DNA from: a virus
Length of the DNA: 64,000 nucleotides
Reading direction: 5' to 3' (one strand)
Virus record (IMG/VR): IMGVR_UViG_3300044732_000737
Location: 1 to 64,000 of that record
Positions 1 to 8,942 of the stretch are shown here, piece by piece; position 1 is the first letter of the stretch, and each line of letters opens with the position of its first letter. Both the position numbers and the translations under genes were made by a program. Under the pieces are notes generated by a model that saw only the letters and a list, made by a program, of their open reading frames with translations, was not told the DNA's origin and ran no database searches.

Positions 1-216
1 TGCTTGAGTAATACGAGCAATAGTACTATCTTTGCTTTCCATAGGAAATGGACGAAGGTAAACGTCCAGATCTTTAGCTACCTTACCTAAAGCCCAATCT
101 CTGGGTGCTCCGCCTAAAAGACAAGAGTCGGGATCAACCATATGCAACAAATTTAATGCTGCATTTGCACATGTCTTTTGTGATTCAATAGTTTTAACCA
201 AGGATAAGTTATCCAT
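1..216 (-). CDS. Nucleotidyltransferase of CCA-adding/poly(A) polymerase head type, N-terminal part (truncated by window edge)
   Basis: Not in the ORF track. Translated manually from ATG at 216: MDNLSLVKTIESQKTCANAALNLLHMVDPDSCLLGGAPRDWALGKVAKDLDVYLRPFPMESK..., containing the hhGGxxRD...DhDh signature. Confidence 0.7.
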   Translation of the reverse strand, partial: MDNLSLVKTIESQKTCANAALNLLHMVDPDSCLLGGAPRDWALGKVAKDLDVYLRPFPMESKDSTIARITQA

Positions 217-229
217 AAAGTCTTTCAGA

Positions 230-2107
230 TTAGTGTACATCATACCAATTATTACCAATTTTAGATTCACCGTCCATAATTTCCACACCAAATAACTTAG
301 GACCGTCTTGGAAAGCTTTCTTAGCAATCTCAGCAGCTCTTTCAGCATATTCAGTAGGGACCTCAAATTCAATCTCATCGTGATAAAATATCAAGGGATT
401 GAATGGTATGTTTTCCTCTTGGAGTCTCACATAAGTAAGAGCAGTAGCTGCTTTACATGTAATAGCCTCACAACTCTGTAATAGATAATTGAGAGACTTA
501 TGGGCAGACTCACAAGGAATCTTACGACCATCTAATGCAGGGATCCAAGGATTACCGTGGTTCTCTGTCTTGTTATAGACTGCATTAATACGTTTAATTA
601 ATGAAGCTAGTCCTGGAATACGCTTTGCAAACTCAGCCTTAATTTTATTGCCTAGTTTAGCATTACGAACACCAGTTAAAATTAAAGAAACCTTCTCACC
701 ACCAGCACCAAACAAATAAGCATAAATGAATGGCTTTGCTAACTTACGAGAAATAGTTGGATCTTTAATAATCTTGGGAAAGTTTGCCTGTTCTTCAGTC
801 ATTACTGCTGTAAGCACATCAGCATTCTTTTGGTGTACATCTCCATTTAAAACTTCATTAGTATATTCATCATTCTTTAGATAATGACATAAAGCTCTAA
901 ATTGATTACCAGAAGAATCAGCGCCAATGATTGTATAGCCAGGAGTGGCAACAAATAACTTTCTAATATCTGCACCCCACTCGGAATCAGCACCTGGAAC
1001 ATTGACAATACCGCTATGTCTAGCACGACCAGTTGGAGTAGAGATAGTAAAACAACTACCATGTAATCGATTATTCTCATCTAAGTTCTCCATCCATCCA
1101 GACAGAATAGAATGTCTAGATCGAGTAGTATAGTATTTATCAATTAACATACCTACCTCACCTAATTTTTCAAGTGAACTAGTTGTTAGCTTTTCAGAAA
1201 CTTTAATAAACTCGTTTCCTTGCTTTTTCCAGTTCCAATCATCAGGCACCCATCCGATTTTATGTAGATAAATTTTAACCGAATCAATATTGCCTAGATC
1301 AGGCTGTACATACTCAAATCGTTGATAAGGGCCCTCTACCAGACGTACATCCCTGCCATTAGTAGCATCAATATTAAAATATCGAGCAGTAGTGGCATCG
1401 TAGTTACCGTTCTTAATCCATCGTGGTATCTTAGGTTCTTTATCCAAGACTTTAGTTTCAACACTGAGTCTCGGCTCAATAATTGACTGAACTTCTGCCA
1501 TCTGAGCTTCCATGTCAGCCAATAGTTTTGTAGCAGCGTCTTTATCAAATTGCCATCCTATATATTCTGCATCAGCACAAAACTGTGCAGTTAGATGCTC
1601 GTTTTTAATAGAGGTCTTAAGATATTGTTTCTTTTCAAACATACCTTTTAGTTCTTTGTTAATGAACTTAAAAACTCTTACGTTAATTTTTACGTCTTCT
1701 CTACACCGATGTAGCATCTCTGCTGAGTATTGACTCCAGTCTTCATGCTCAACTTTAGATTGCCCAAGGTACTCACCCCATACAGCTAGAGAATGCTTTC
1801 CATTAAATCGATCATAGTCAACTACCTGAGACAATAGCATTGTATCATATAGTTTAATCTCTTTATTGGGAGCCCAATTGTATAGTTTTCGGAGAACAAG
1901 TAAATCATAGCCAATAATGTTATGGCCAATTAAACTTGTTGCTTTCGATAGGTGTTGTAAGCCTTGTTCTAAGCTTGGATATTGAGAGTCATAATCAGTA
2001 AAGATTAACTCCTCACCTGTAACAGTGTCATTTGTTACGATCATCCAGACTTTACTTACGGTGTCTAGTAGACCATCGCTTTCGATGTCAAATACTAGAT
2101 TACTCAT
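230..2107 (-). CDS. DNA polymerase family A (T7 gp5-like) with 3'-5' exonuclease, no 5'-3' exonuclease domain
   Basis: ExoI FDIESDG, ExoII GHNIIGYD, TPTGR, motif A GADSSGNQFR, motif B RKLAKPFIYAYLFG, NYLLQS, motif C YHDEI. Confidence 0.97.
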   Translation of the reverse strand: MSNLVFDIESDGLLDTVSKVWMIVTNDTVTGEELIFTDYDSQYPSLEQGLQHLSKATSLIGHNIIGYDLLVLRKLYNWAPNKEIKLYDTMLLSQVVDYDRFNGKHSLAVWGEYLGQSKVEHEDWSQYSAEMLHRCREDVKINVRVFKFINKELKGMFEKKQYLKTSIKNEHLTAQFCADAEYIGWQFDKDAATKLLADMEAQMAEVQSIIEPRLSVETKVLDKEPKIPRWIKNGNYDATTARYFNIDATNGRDVRLVEGPYQRFEYVQPDLGNIDSVKIYLHKIGWVPDDWNWKKQGNEFIKVSEKLTTSSLEKLGEVGMLIDKYYTTRSRHSILSGWMENLDENNRLHGSCFTISTPTGRARHSGIVNVPGADSEWGADIRKLFVATPGYTIIGADSSGNQFRALCHYLKNDEYTNEVLNGDVHQKNADVLTAVMTEEQANFPKIIKDPTISRKLAKPFIYAYLFGAGGEKVSLILTGVRNAKLGNKIKAEFAKRIPGLASLIKRINAVYNKTENHGNPWIPALDGRKIPCESAHKSLNYLLQSCEAITCKAATALTYVRLQEENIPFNPLIFYHDEIEFEVPTEYAERAAEIAKKAFQDGPKLFGVEIMDGESKIGNNWYDVH

Positions 2108-2660
2108 TTAAAATTTTTTCTATGTCTTTAATTTTGATTGGTTGATTATTGTTTTTAGTATAAGCAAGTAGGAATTTTAAATACCACAATGCTTTACCTA
2201 ATTCTTGTTGTTCAGCATCTTTACCACCTAAACGGTCTAAATACTTTCGTACTTGTAGTTCAACTGCAGCCTTGAAACAAGCAGGATCTCTAAAGCTTGG
2301 TAAATACTGCATAGTCTCTAGCCATTGTAAATCCATTACATAACCCTGATAATGGCTAGGGTTAATAGCGTCTTTCTTTGCAGGATTCTCTTTTAAATAT
2401 TTCATTAATTGATCAACTTCCCATTCATCATTACCATCTTCTGCAGCCCATTGCTTTAACAGTTTACGATATTCCAGAATGGCTTGAACTGTGTTTAATT
2501 CTTTAGAACGGTTCTTTGCGCTAGTAGGCCAAACACATTTAATAGTAAAGAAGTTTTCATTATTTTTCCATGCCTCTACAGCATTCTCAAAATCGTTAAA
2601 TGTTCCTACTACGCCTCTTTGGTCGTCATAAGAGTATACTTCATAAACTGGTGTATACAT
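2100..2660 (-). CDS. Protein with C-terminal DUF3310-like domain
   Basis: DAINPSHY...KYLDRLGGKD...ELGKALWYL pattern. Confidence 0.75.
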   Translation of the reverse strand: MYTPVYEVYSYDDQRGVVGTFNDFENAVEAWKNNENFFTIKCVWPTSAKNRSKELNTVQAILEYRKLLKQWAAEDGNDEWEVDQLMKYLKENPAKKDAINPSHYQGYVMDLQWLETMQYLPSFRDPACFKAAVELQVRKYLDRLGGKDAEQQELGKALWYLKFLLAYTKNNNQPIKIKDIEKILNE

Positions 2661-2661
2661 T

Positions 2662-2826
2662 TTAATCCTTTACCTCATATTTTTTGCCTTCTTCGATTGC
2701 CTCTTTAAGCATATGAATAAAAGCATAGTTTAATAAATACTCTCGTGCTTCGTTGTCTAAATCTAAAACTACATTAGCACTACCGTCTTCGTTTTCTTTT
2801 ACTGTAGTTACTGTAAACTTTATCAA
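2662..2826 (-). CDS. Small hypothetical protein (54 aa, TTG start)
   Basis: Manual translation MIKFTVTTVKENEDGSANVVLDLDNEAREYLL...; fills the gap between neighbouring genes exactly. Confidence 0.6.
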   Translation of the reverse strand: MIKFTVTTVKENEDGSANVVLDLDNEAREYLLNYAFIHMLKEAIEEGKKYEVKD

Positions 2827-3101
2827 TATACATCTCCGTTTTCTTTAATTTTAAGGTCTTCATACGGTGCCGCTACTCTTCGATAAAACTCAATTTTAGC
2901 GCCTTCTAAAGCACCTACAATATCATTGATAGCTTGGTAGTTACCTTTATCTGTACGGTTGAAGTAATCTCGTACAATAGAAGTAATAACAAAGTTTAAT
3001 TCTCCTGGAGTAGTACACAAATCACCTACTTCCGCTACACTTTTTGTGTGTAAAAACTGTTTAAAGTCTTGTCTAATATATGGCATTAATTTTCTTCCCA
3101 A
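2823..3101 (-). CDS. Conserved phage hypothetical protein (likely start MPYI at ~3086)
   Basis: PGELNF...GALEGAKIEFYRRVAAPYEDLKIKENGDVY pattern common in phage replication regions. Confidence 0.7.
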   Translation of the reverse strand: MGRKLMPYIRQDFKQFLHTKSVAEVGDLCTTPGELNFVITSIVRDYFNRTDKGNYQAINDIVGALEGAKIEFYRRVAAPYEDLKIKENGDVY

Positions 3102-3277
3102 AGGCTTGCATGATAAACCTTAACTTTTAATTTTGGATAGTGAGCTTTAACATCTCTCACTTTAACTGCTACTTGTTTTAAACTAGTAAAAACGCACTCC
3201 TGAGTTGCTTTACTAATAGGCACGTTATGCTCTATAGTTTCATCATCAGGATCTACGTAAGTAACAAAGAATGGCAT
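3086..3277 (-). CDS. Hypothetical protein
   Basis: Stop/start-coupled ORF within the operon. Confidence 0.6.
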   Translation of the reverse strand: MPFFVTYVDPDDETIEHNVPISKATQECVFTSLKQVAVKVRDVKAHYPKLKVKVYHASLWEEN

Positions 3278-3690
3278 TAATCGATATACTCCGTAATAAT
3301 AGTATCACATGCCTTTTCTACTGTTGATCTCCACTCTGTGACTAATGACTCAAAAAATGGGTGAATAGTAGAGGCATCTGCTTTAAATGCAATTACTGGT
3401 TTACGTAGTACATAAGAAGCATAGAATACTTCCATGGCAGTACCGTGTTTAGCAACTGTAGGATTATCTAAGTTAACAAGAATCAGGTCTGACTCTTGAA
3501 TATCACGAAGATCTAACTCAAATATCCTTTTCATATATTTAGGTTTAAAGTCATGAACCCTACGAGTAGGATCAAGAACTTTTTGATCTGCTTGCTTAAG
3601 TAATTGAGTAGCAATATCACGCCAACCTTTTGCATCTTCAACAGAGACATGCTCCATTGGACCTGCTAAATAAATTGTTCTTTGTTTCAT
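3277..3690 (-). CDS. Nucleoside 2-deoxyribosyltransferase-like protein
   Basis: IYLAGPM...WR...VLDP...DLRDIQESD...GTAMEVFYA motif set. Confidence 0.8.
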   Translation of the reverse strand: MKQRTIYLAGPMEHVSVEDAKGWRDIATQLLKQADQKVLDPTRRVHDFKPKYMKRIFELDLRDIQESDLILVNLDNPTVAKHGTAMEVFYASYVLRKPVIAFKADASTIHPFFESLVTEWRSTVEKACDTIITEYID

Positions 3691-3691
3691 T

Positions 3692-3991
3692 TTATAACTC
3701 GTTTAAAATACGCATATAATTTGCTGTATACCAAAGACCACCTTGACTTTCAGGCCGTTGATGTTTTGTATAGTCTTGAATTTCAATCTTACACCATACT
3801 CTACCTTTAGGGCTCAAGTGTGGTGCATTAGGTGTAGAACAGCAATGCCATCCCGGACGATAGGCATAACCTACAGTAGGGTGAGACTCTGCTCCATAAA
3901 GAACACCTGATTGTATCTTCTGTTTCCGATTAATAAACAATGGTCCATAAGTACCATCTTTTCTTTTCTTAAAAAGTTTATATGCAATCAT
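3692..3991 (-). CDS. Conserved phage hypothetical protein
   Basis: Coupled ORF with HPTVGYAYRPGWHC motif. Confidence 0.65.
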   Translation of the reverse strand: MIAYKLFKKRKDGTYGPLFINRKQKIQSGVLYGAESHPTVGYAYRPGWHCCSTPNAPHLSPKGRVWCKIEIQDYTKHQRPESQGGLWYTANYMRILNEL

Positions 3992-4278
3992 TATGAATTA
4001 TATGTTAACCAGTCGGGTTCCATTGTTACTAAATGTTGGATTAACCCAATGTTTTCTACTACAGTAATTTCAGAAACTTCTTTGAGAAACTCTCGTTCAC
4101 TCATTGGAGTTTCGATTGTACAAACAGTAAAATCTTTATTGTATGAAAAGTCATCTCCAAGTTTACATAGGAGAAGCATTTCAAATTCACTAATAGGATC
4201 AGTGAATGTCAGCGTGTATTCAGAAGTAACCAAGAACTGCTCCGATGAAGGGTACAAAGACACCGATAATACGGCCAA
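3991..4278 (-). CDS. Hypothetical protein (true start probably downstream of 4278)
   Basis: ORF track; its 5' end overlaps the membrane-protein ORF 4220-4399. Confidence 0.5.
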   Translation of the reverse strand: MAVLSVSLYPSSEQFLVTSEYTLTFTDPISEFEMLLLCKLGDDFSYNKDFTVCTIETPMSEREFLKEVSEITVVENIGLIQHLVTMEPDWLTYNS

Positions 4279-4399
4279 TAATCCAACCTAATGGAGTATC
4301 AGCATTCATTGCTAGTATAGCTATAAAGTTTGCAATCCATCCGTAAATAGAAGCTACTACAACAGCTAAACCAACTACACTTGCAATAGTATTTGCCAT
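4220..4399 (-). CDS. Small membrane protein (59 aa)
   Basis: Manual translation MANTIASVVGLAVVVASIYGWIANFIAILAM...GRIIGVFVPFIGAVLGYF, with AAGGAAA RBS. Confidence 0.7.
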   Translation of the reverse strand: MANTIASVVGLAVVVASIYGWIANFIAILAMNADTPLGWIIGRIIGVFVPFIGAVLGYF

Positions 4400-4414
4400 T
4401 TAATTTCCTTTGAT

Positions 4415-4438
4415 AAAATAGGAGACCGAAGTCCCCTA
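4415..4438 (-). terminator. Intrinsic terminator after SSB (cUUCGg loop)
   Basis: TAGGGGAC-TTCG-GTCTCCTA-TTTT on the minus strand. Confidence 0.75.
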
Positions 4439-4445
4439 AATTTAA

Positions 4446-4949
4446 TTAATAAGGATTGTCATCCTCATCATCACCACCGTCAGCATCTGCTACACGAACG
4501 ATCTCTGTCTCAGTCATTTCAAACTCATCATCAGATGCTTTTGGAATGTATTCGTTGAGCTTAGTAATTTGAACTGCCATCAACATAGATGCAATCTTAC
4601 CTTCATCACCATACTCATATTGGAAAATACGAACATTACCTACTGAACCGTTACCGATGCTCATTGGGTTAATATCATTTAAACCACCATCAATAACCTT
4701 TACAGGCTGATTGACTTCACCATCTTTCTTTTTAGACTTCTTGCGAAGAGTAACAGAATAAAATACTTTACCGTCATCATCTTCTACAGTCTTAGGCTTC
4801 AAGTTGAGTGCGGCCCACTCATTCTTAACTTTCTTGTCTCGAGTTCGAATCTGAACTTCCCATGTAGGTTGCTCTTTATTAAACTTAGCATTTGGTTTCT
4901 TGGGATCAAGACGTGGGTAGAATAACTCAACATTTTTTAAAATAGCCAT
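4446..4949 (-). CDS. Single-stranded DNA-binding protein (T7 gp2.5-like)
   Basis: IGNGSVGNV...LMAVQITKLNEY and an acidic C-terminal tail ending in an aromatic residue (DDEDDNPY). Confidence 0.85.
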   Translation of the reverse strand: MAILKNVELFYPRLDPKKPNAKFNKEQPTWEVQIRTRDKKVKNEWAALNLKPKTVEDDDGKVFYSVTLRKKSKKKDGEVNQPVKVIDGGLNDINPMSIGNGSVGNVRIFQYEYGDEGKIASMLMAVQITKLNEYIPKASDDEFEMTETEIVRVADADGGDDEDDNPY

Positions 4950-5019
4950 AGCTTTTTAGTTCCTTACTTTTAATTTCCAATTAATAAAAGGTATACATCA
5001 CAAAATGCATACCATTGTG

Positions 5020-5036
5020 CTTTAGCGTACCCTGGT
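5020..5036 (-). promoter_or_regulatory. Putative phage RNAP promoter (variant ACCAGGGTACGCTAAAG) upstream of SSB
   Basis: Intergenic copy of the 17-bp repeated motif, immediately after the RNAP gene. Confidence 0.8.
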
Positions 5037-5041
5037 AAAAC

Positions 5042-7210
5042 TTAACAAAAAGCATAATCCGAGTACACGATCTGTCCTACATCAAGATTACCCCTCTCAG
5101 GAATAAGGTCTTCACAGTGAAGTTCAGACAATAATTTCTCTAAGGGTTTGGCTTTATAGAACTCTACAAACTGTTCTCTTACTCTATAAAACAAATCATC
5201 CATACGTCCCGGTAAAGTACCGAAAGAATCATGGACAACAGTCATTTCATATGGTGCAGACACTACAGTCATTGTCAAGTGAGCAGCATCGAAACTATGA
5301 ACGATGTTTGGTGCAGCACCTGTCTTTTGGGAATCTTTGTTAATAGTTGCTTCTTCCCAAGTCTGAAGTTGAATCTTTAATTCTTCTTCTCCGTACTTCA
5401 ACTTAGTACGTACAATAGATGGCTTACGATATGCCTGAACTACTGGGAAGTTAGTTACAGGTGTAGTCCATTTTAAAAACACTTCTTTTTCATTAGATCT
5501 TTGTGCAAGATTTTGAAACATACGAAGCATTGTGGCTGGCCCTTTAAGTTTCTCATAACAAGTCTCAAAGACCAAGTCACCTAGCAAAGCACCCCAGAGG
5601 TGTTCCTTGTCACGGAGATACTCAGACATATCACGGGTATCATCAATAATCTGTTGACCCATGCCGTATGCAGTACCACCGTAACCGAGAGTCATTACAT
5701 TTCTCTTTACTACTTTACGCTGATCTTTTGGATTATCAATGTTAAGCCAGTAAATAGGAAATAACTTTTCTCGTATAGCTCGATTCTGATTACGCCATTC
5801 TTGAGCAGCAGCATAAGCTAAGGCCTTCTGCTCTGTCTTGTCTGGTGCATCAAAGTAAGCCTTTTGAAGTTCCTTAGCTTTACTGTAAACTGAATCGAAT
5901 TGATTACGTTCTTCATCAGTAAGCTTATCTGCCATTTCCTGTAAATGTTGCCATACATATTTTGCAATATACATGTACACATCACCAGGAAGATCTTGAG
6001 GGACTAAATTAACTAATGGTGCAATGTCTTCATCTTGAGACATAGCTACTAGGTGCTGAACACCGTTATTAGAGCCATCGATATACACTGGAAGTGCACA
6101 CTGATAGTCTTCTAACTTGTTACCTAGCATTAGCCATTCTTTGATTTTCCTTAGTTCATTACAAGCAGCTAAGAAAGAGAATGGAGCATCGGTATCAATC
6201 CAACCTTGGTTAATAGTTGGTTTCTCTGCATAAGATAAGAATAAATTAATGTTCTCATCTACGAACTCAGCCCTCTGCTTTAGCGTCACCTTGTCGTTAC
6301 CAAAAGAATTGGCAGTATGTACCTTTAGCCAGAACAAACCATTTTCACCGAGAGGTGTGGCCTGATCTAGTAATAGTAGACCTTTTGCGTTATCGCTAGA
6401 CTGCTCGTGTAAAAATGCAGTGTTGACATACACTCGACCACGAAAGTCAAAGTTATACACATGATAGAAGGCATTATCTAGGTGAGTTAAAGCTAATTGT
6501 TCAATAGCTTCTGCTTCAATTAGCAATGACTTTCTTTTCTCTTCATCAATCTCAGAGTGTAGTTTGAAAGGACTAGTCGGATTCTCTTTATGGAGGAAAT
6601 GCTGATATACTTTGAATACATCTTTATTGATCCGCCATCCAGTAGCCTGTAGCTTATTCAGAATATCATACAAGGTTTGCTTGTCGTTATTCTTAAACTG
6701 AGCTAATGCTGTAGAATGACCTTTCTTAATAATTGGTACACCTAAGTTATTGTAAGCAGAGTCCCAGGGTGTTGCTTTTTCTCTAAGAGGAAATATATCA
6801 ACTTTAGTTTGATCTATTAAACTCCAGAGATCTTTAATTGCTTTCCAATCTTTTACTTGAAAGAAATAAGCTTGATATTTACTTTTCTTGCCGTTCTTGT
6901 ATGTGTACTTTAATCTAAAAGAAAGAACTCCACATTCAATATAAGCAATACAAATAAACCAGCCAACCTGTGCATCAGAGATAGTATCGTTAGGTAAGTC
7001 AAGTGTTTGTCTAACCCTTCTACCAATGGTAGCGATAATGTCTACTAATGTACCTTGTCTCTCAAGTCCACGTAATATATGAGGATATGAGATGTCTACT
7101 AATGTTTTTGCATCATAATCCTTTAAATAGTGAGTGTAGATATTCCGGTCTGCACGTAAATTTTCTTGCCGTTTACTAATATCACTTACTAATTTATTTA
7201 ATATCGTCAT
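5042..7210 (-). CDS. Single-subunit (T7-like) DNA-directed RNA polymerase
   Basis: DFRGRVY, motif A DGSNNGVQH, motif B RKVVKRNVMTLGYG, AAPNIVHSFDAAH, motif C VHDSFG, C-terminal YAFC (T7 has FAFA). Confidence 0.97.
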   Translation of the reverse strand: MTILNKLVSDISKRQENLRADRNIYTHYLKDYDAKTLVDISYPHILRGLERQGTLVDIIATIGRRVRQTLDLPNDTISDAQVGWFICIAYIECGVLSFRLKYTYKNGKKSKYQAYFFQVKDWKAIKDLWSLIDQTKVDIFPLREKATPWDSAYNNLGVPIIKKGHSTALAQFKNNDKQTLYDILNKLQATGWRINKDVFKVYQHFLHKENPTSPFKLHSEIDEEKRKSLLIEAEAIEQLALTHLDNAFYHVYNFDFRGRVYVNTAFLHEQSSDNAKGLLLLDQATPLGENGLFWLKVHTANSFGNDKVTLKQRAEFVDENINLFLSYAEKPTINQGWIDTDAPFSFLAACNELRKIKEWLMLGNKLEDYQCALPVYIDGSNNGVQHLVAMSQDEDIAPLVNLVPQDLPGDVYMYIAKYVWQHLQEMADKLTDEERNQFDSVYSKAKELQKAYFDAPDKTEQKALAYAAAQEWRNQNRAIREKLFPIYWLNIDNPKDQRKVVKRNVMTLGYGGTAYGMGQQIIDDTRDMSEYLRDKEHLWGALLGDLVFETCYEKLKGPATMLRMFQNLAQRSNEKEVFLKWTTPVTNFPVVQAYRKPSIVRTKLKYGEEELKIQLQTWEEATINKDSQKTGAAPNIVHSFDAAHLTMTVVSAPYEMTVVHDSFGTLPGRMDDLFYRVREQFVEFYKAKPLEKLLSELHCEDLIPERGNLDVGQIVYSDYAFC

Positions 7211-7306
7211 TATTATTCTGTTTTATCTTTTAAGAATTTGAGAAGATTGTTTGATACTTGTTTTCCGATTAAAACCCCGAATAAGAGTAAGAGTGTTGTA
7301 ATTATA

Positions 7307-7336
7307 ATTATACTCCAATTTGATTAAAAAAGTGAA
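7307..7336 (-). promoter_or_regulatory. Possible sigma70-type promoter upstream of the RNAP gene
   Basis: TTCACT-18 bp-TATAAT, followed by a second TATAAT. The AT-rich context weakens the call. Confidence 0.35.
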
Positions 7337-7368
7337 CTCTGCCGCCCCCCGAAGGAGACGGCAAGTTC
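7326..7368 (-). terminator. Hairpin/terminator with cUUCGg loop upstream of RNAP
   Basis: GAACT-TGCCGTCTCC-TTCG-GGGGGCGGCA-G-AGTTC-ACTTTTTT. Confidence 0.7.
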
Positions 7369-7510
7369 GGTTCATTTTCGTAATAGCTCCAGTAAAGTGA
7401 AAGATACGCTCGAAAGCAGGATAACGATTGCTAAAAACAAAATGTATTTTGCAAACAAGGTAATAGCTGTAACTGCAAAAGCAAATATACAGATATACCA
7501 AATGCTCATA

Positions 7511-7699
7511 CTAATCATTTCTTTCATCCTTTTTCCTTATTTTTAAATGAGAGAATACCACACCAGCAATACCCCATAAGGTAGTCATCACTAACAATGT
7601 AATTAGCGTCTTAACAATGGTTGATAAGACAACTAAAGAATACATTGAAGTAAGTAAACCTATAAAGGATATCACTGCTAGGATGGATAACGAAATCAT
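7511..7699 (-). CDS. Small membrane protein
   Basis: Two hydrophobic segments; AGGAAGG RBS. Confidence 0.6.
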   Translation of the reverse strand: MISLSILAVISFIGLLTSMYSLVVLSTIVKTLITLLVMTTLWGIAGVVFSHLKIRKKDERND

Positions 7700-7795
7700 T
7701 TAACTGGCCTTCCTAAATAAGCTAAAACAAAAGCTACTGTATATGTAACTGCATAGTACATAATAGGTAACAAGAAAAAGCTCAAGATTGACATT

Positions 7796-8029
7796 TTATT
7801 TCCTAATAGTGTTAACATGACCGATTTGTTTAAATCGTTGATTAACTAGTCGCATTGGATTGGCTTTCCAATGATCAAGTTCTTCACCGATTTTATTGAA
7901 GAATTCCAGACTATGTGGTTCATGGCGAACTTTAGCATAGTTGAAAATCTCTTTACTGACTTGGTAGACATAGCCTTCCTCATCAGCAATCTTTACATCA
8001 GAATAGGCAGGTGGACATTTAGTACACAT
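7796..8029 (-). CDS. Hypothetical early protein
   Basis: Tightly packed minus-strand ORF with GGAG RBS. Confidence 0.6.
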   Translation of the reverse strand: MCTKCPPAYSDVKIADEEGYVYQVSKEIFNYAKVRHEPHSLEFFNKIGEELDHWKANPMRLVNQRFKQIGHVNTIRK

Positions 8030-8030
8030 T

Positions 8031-8285
8031 TTAAACTCCGAGTTTTTTATCTACAAAGACTAAGTCTTCAATAGCTTTGAAAATCCTACGAAAGTCTTCA
8101 GCAGACTCTGTAAGGACAGAAGCTACAGTTTCTCCACTCATGTATGCTGATTTAACATCATACAAAGAAGGAGACACTACAGCCTGCAAGAAGTCGTCAT
8201 ATACAGTTACTTCAACAGAGTCGAAGGCATTGTACTGAACAGCTTCTATAGTATAATCACCAGCTTTTAAAGTTAGTCTAGGCAT
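8031..8285 (-). CDS. Hypothetical early protein
   Basis: Tightly packed minus-strand ORF. Confidence 0.6.
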   Translation of the reverse strand: MPRLTLKAGDYTIEAVQYNAFDSVEVTVYDDFLQAVVSPSLYDVKSAYMSGETVASVLTESAEDFRRIFKAIEDLVFVDKKLGV

Positions 8286-8287
8286 AA

Positions 8288-8581
8288 TTAATTCTCAAAT
8301 ACTTGATCGTAAATTGTACTGAATTCAATAATAGAACCATCAAGCTGAACTTCATTACACATTCTCTCAATTAGATCTTTAGAGTAACTTGTAGCATAAA
8401 TTGCTGGTATACCCTTAGTGTCATTTGAGAAAATATATGTGAGGCCAAACTCTTCTAATGATTCAATTACTTCTTGTGCTGTAGTTCCAAAGTTATCCCC
8501 ATAAAGAGGATTCAACAGTAAGTACCTAGGCATAGACTTTCCTTTATCAAGTTCTTTGATTCGATTTGAGTTACTATTCAT
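8288..8581 (-). CDS. Hypothetical early protein
   Basis: Tightly packed minus-strand ORF. Confidence 0.6.
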   Translation of the reverse strand: MNSNSNRIKELDKGKSMPRYLLLNPLYGDNFGTTAQEVIESLEEFGLTYIFSNDTKGIPAIYATSYSKDLIERMCNEVQLDGSIIEFSTIYDQVFEN

Positions 8582-8905
8582 ACTATTACAATCTCCACTA
8601 GTTCTGGAAGATATGCTTCAAGATCTTTTAGATTAGTTGTCTTAGTAATCAAGTAACCGCTTTTCTTAGAATACACGTAGTACATTACTTCAGTCATTTT
8701 AATTCCTTTGTTGATTAGAACAGAGCGTCAAGACCGTGCAGTACCAAAGCTAACAAACCCATTGAAACTGCAACTACTGTAACAGCATCCATAAGCTTTT
8801 CATTTACTTTCATGATTTTCCTTTTTGAGTTAATAAGATTAGAGTCCTATCTTTTAAGATATTCTTCTATTATAGATACGTCATTTTTCTCACTTTTTTT
8901 TTGAT

Positions 8906-8935
8906 AAAAAAGGCCACCCTTTTTACGGGGTGACC
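8906..8935 (-). terminator. Intrinsic terminator ending the structural operon
   Basis: GGTCACCC-CGTAAAAA-GGGTGGCC-TTTTTT right after ORF 8943-9176. Confidence 0.85.
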
Positions 8936-8942
8936 ATTAACT

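Noticed and set aside
7223-7501. 92-aa ORF upstream of RNAP
   Set aside because: It runs through a terminator hairpin and overlaps a more plausible short hydrophobic ORF in another frame; probably not real as called.
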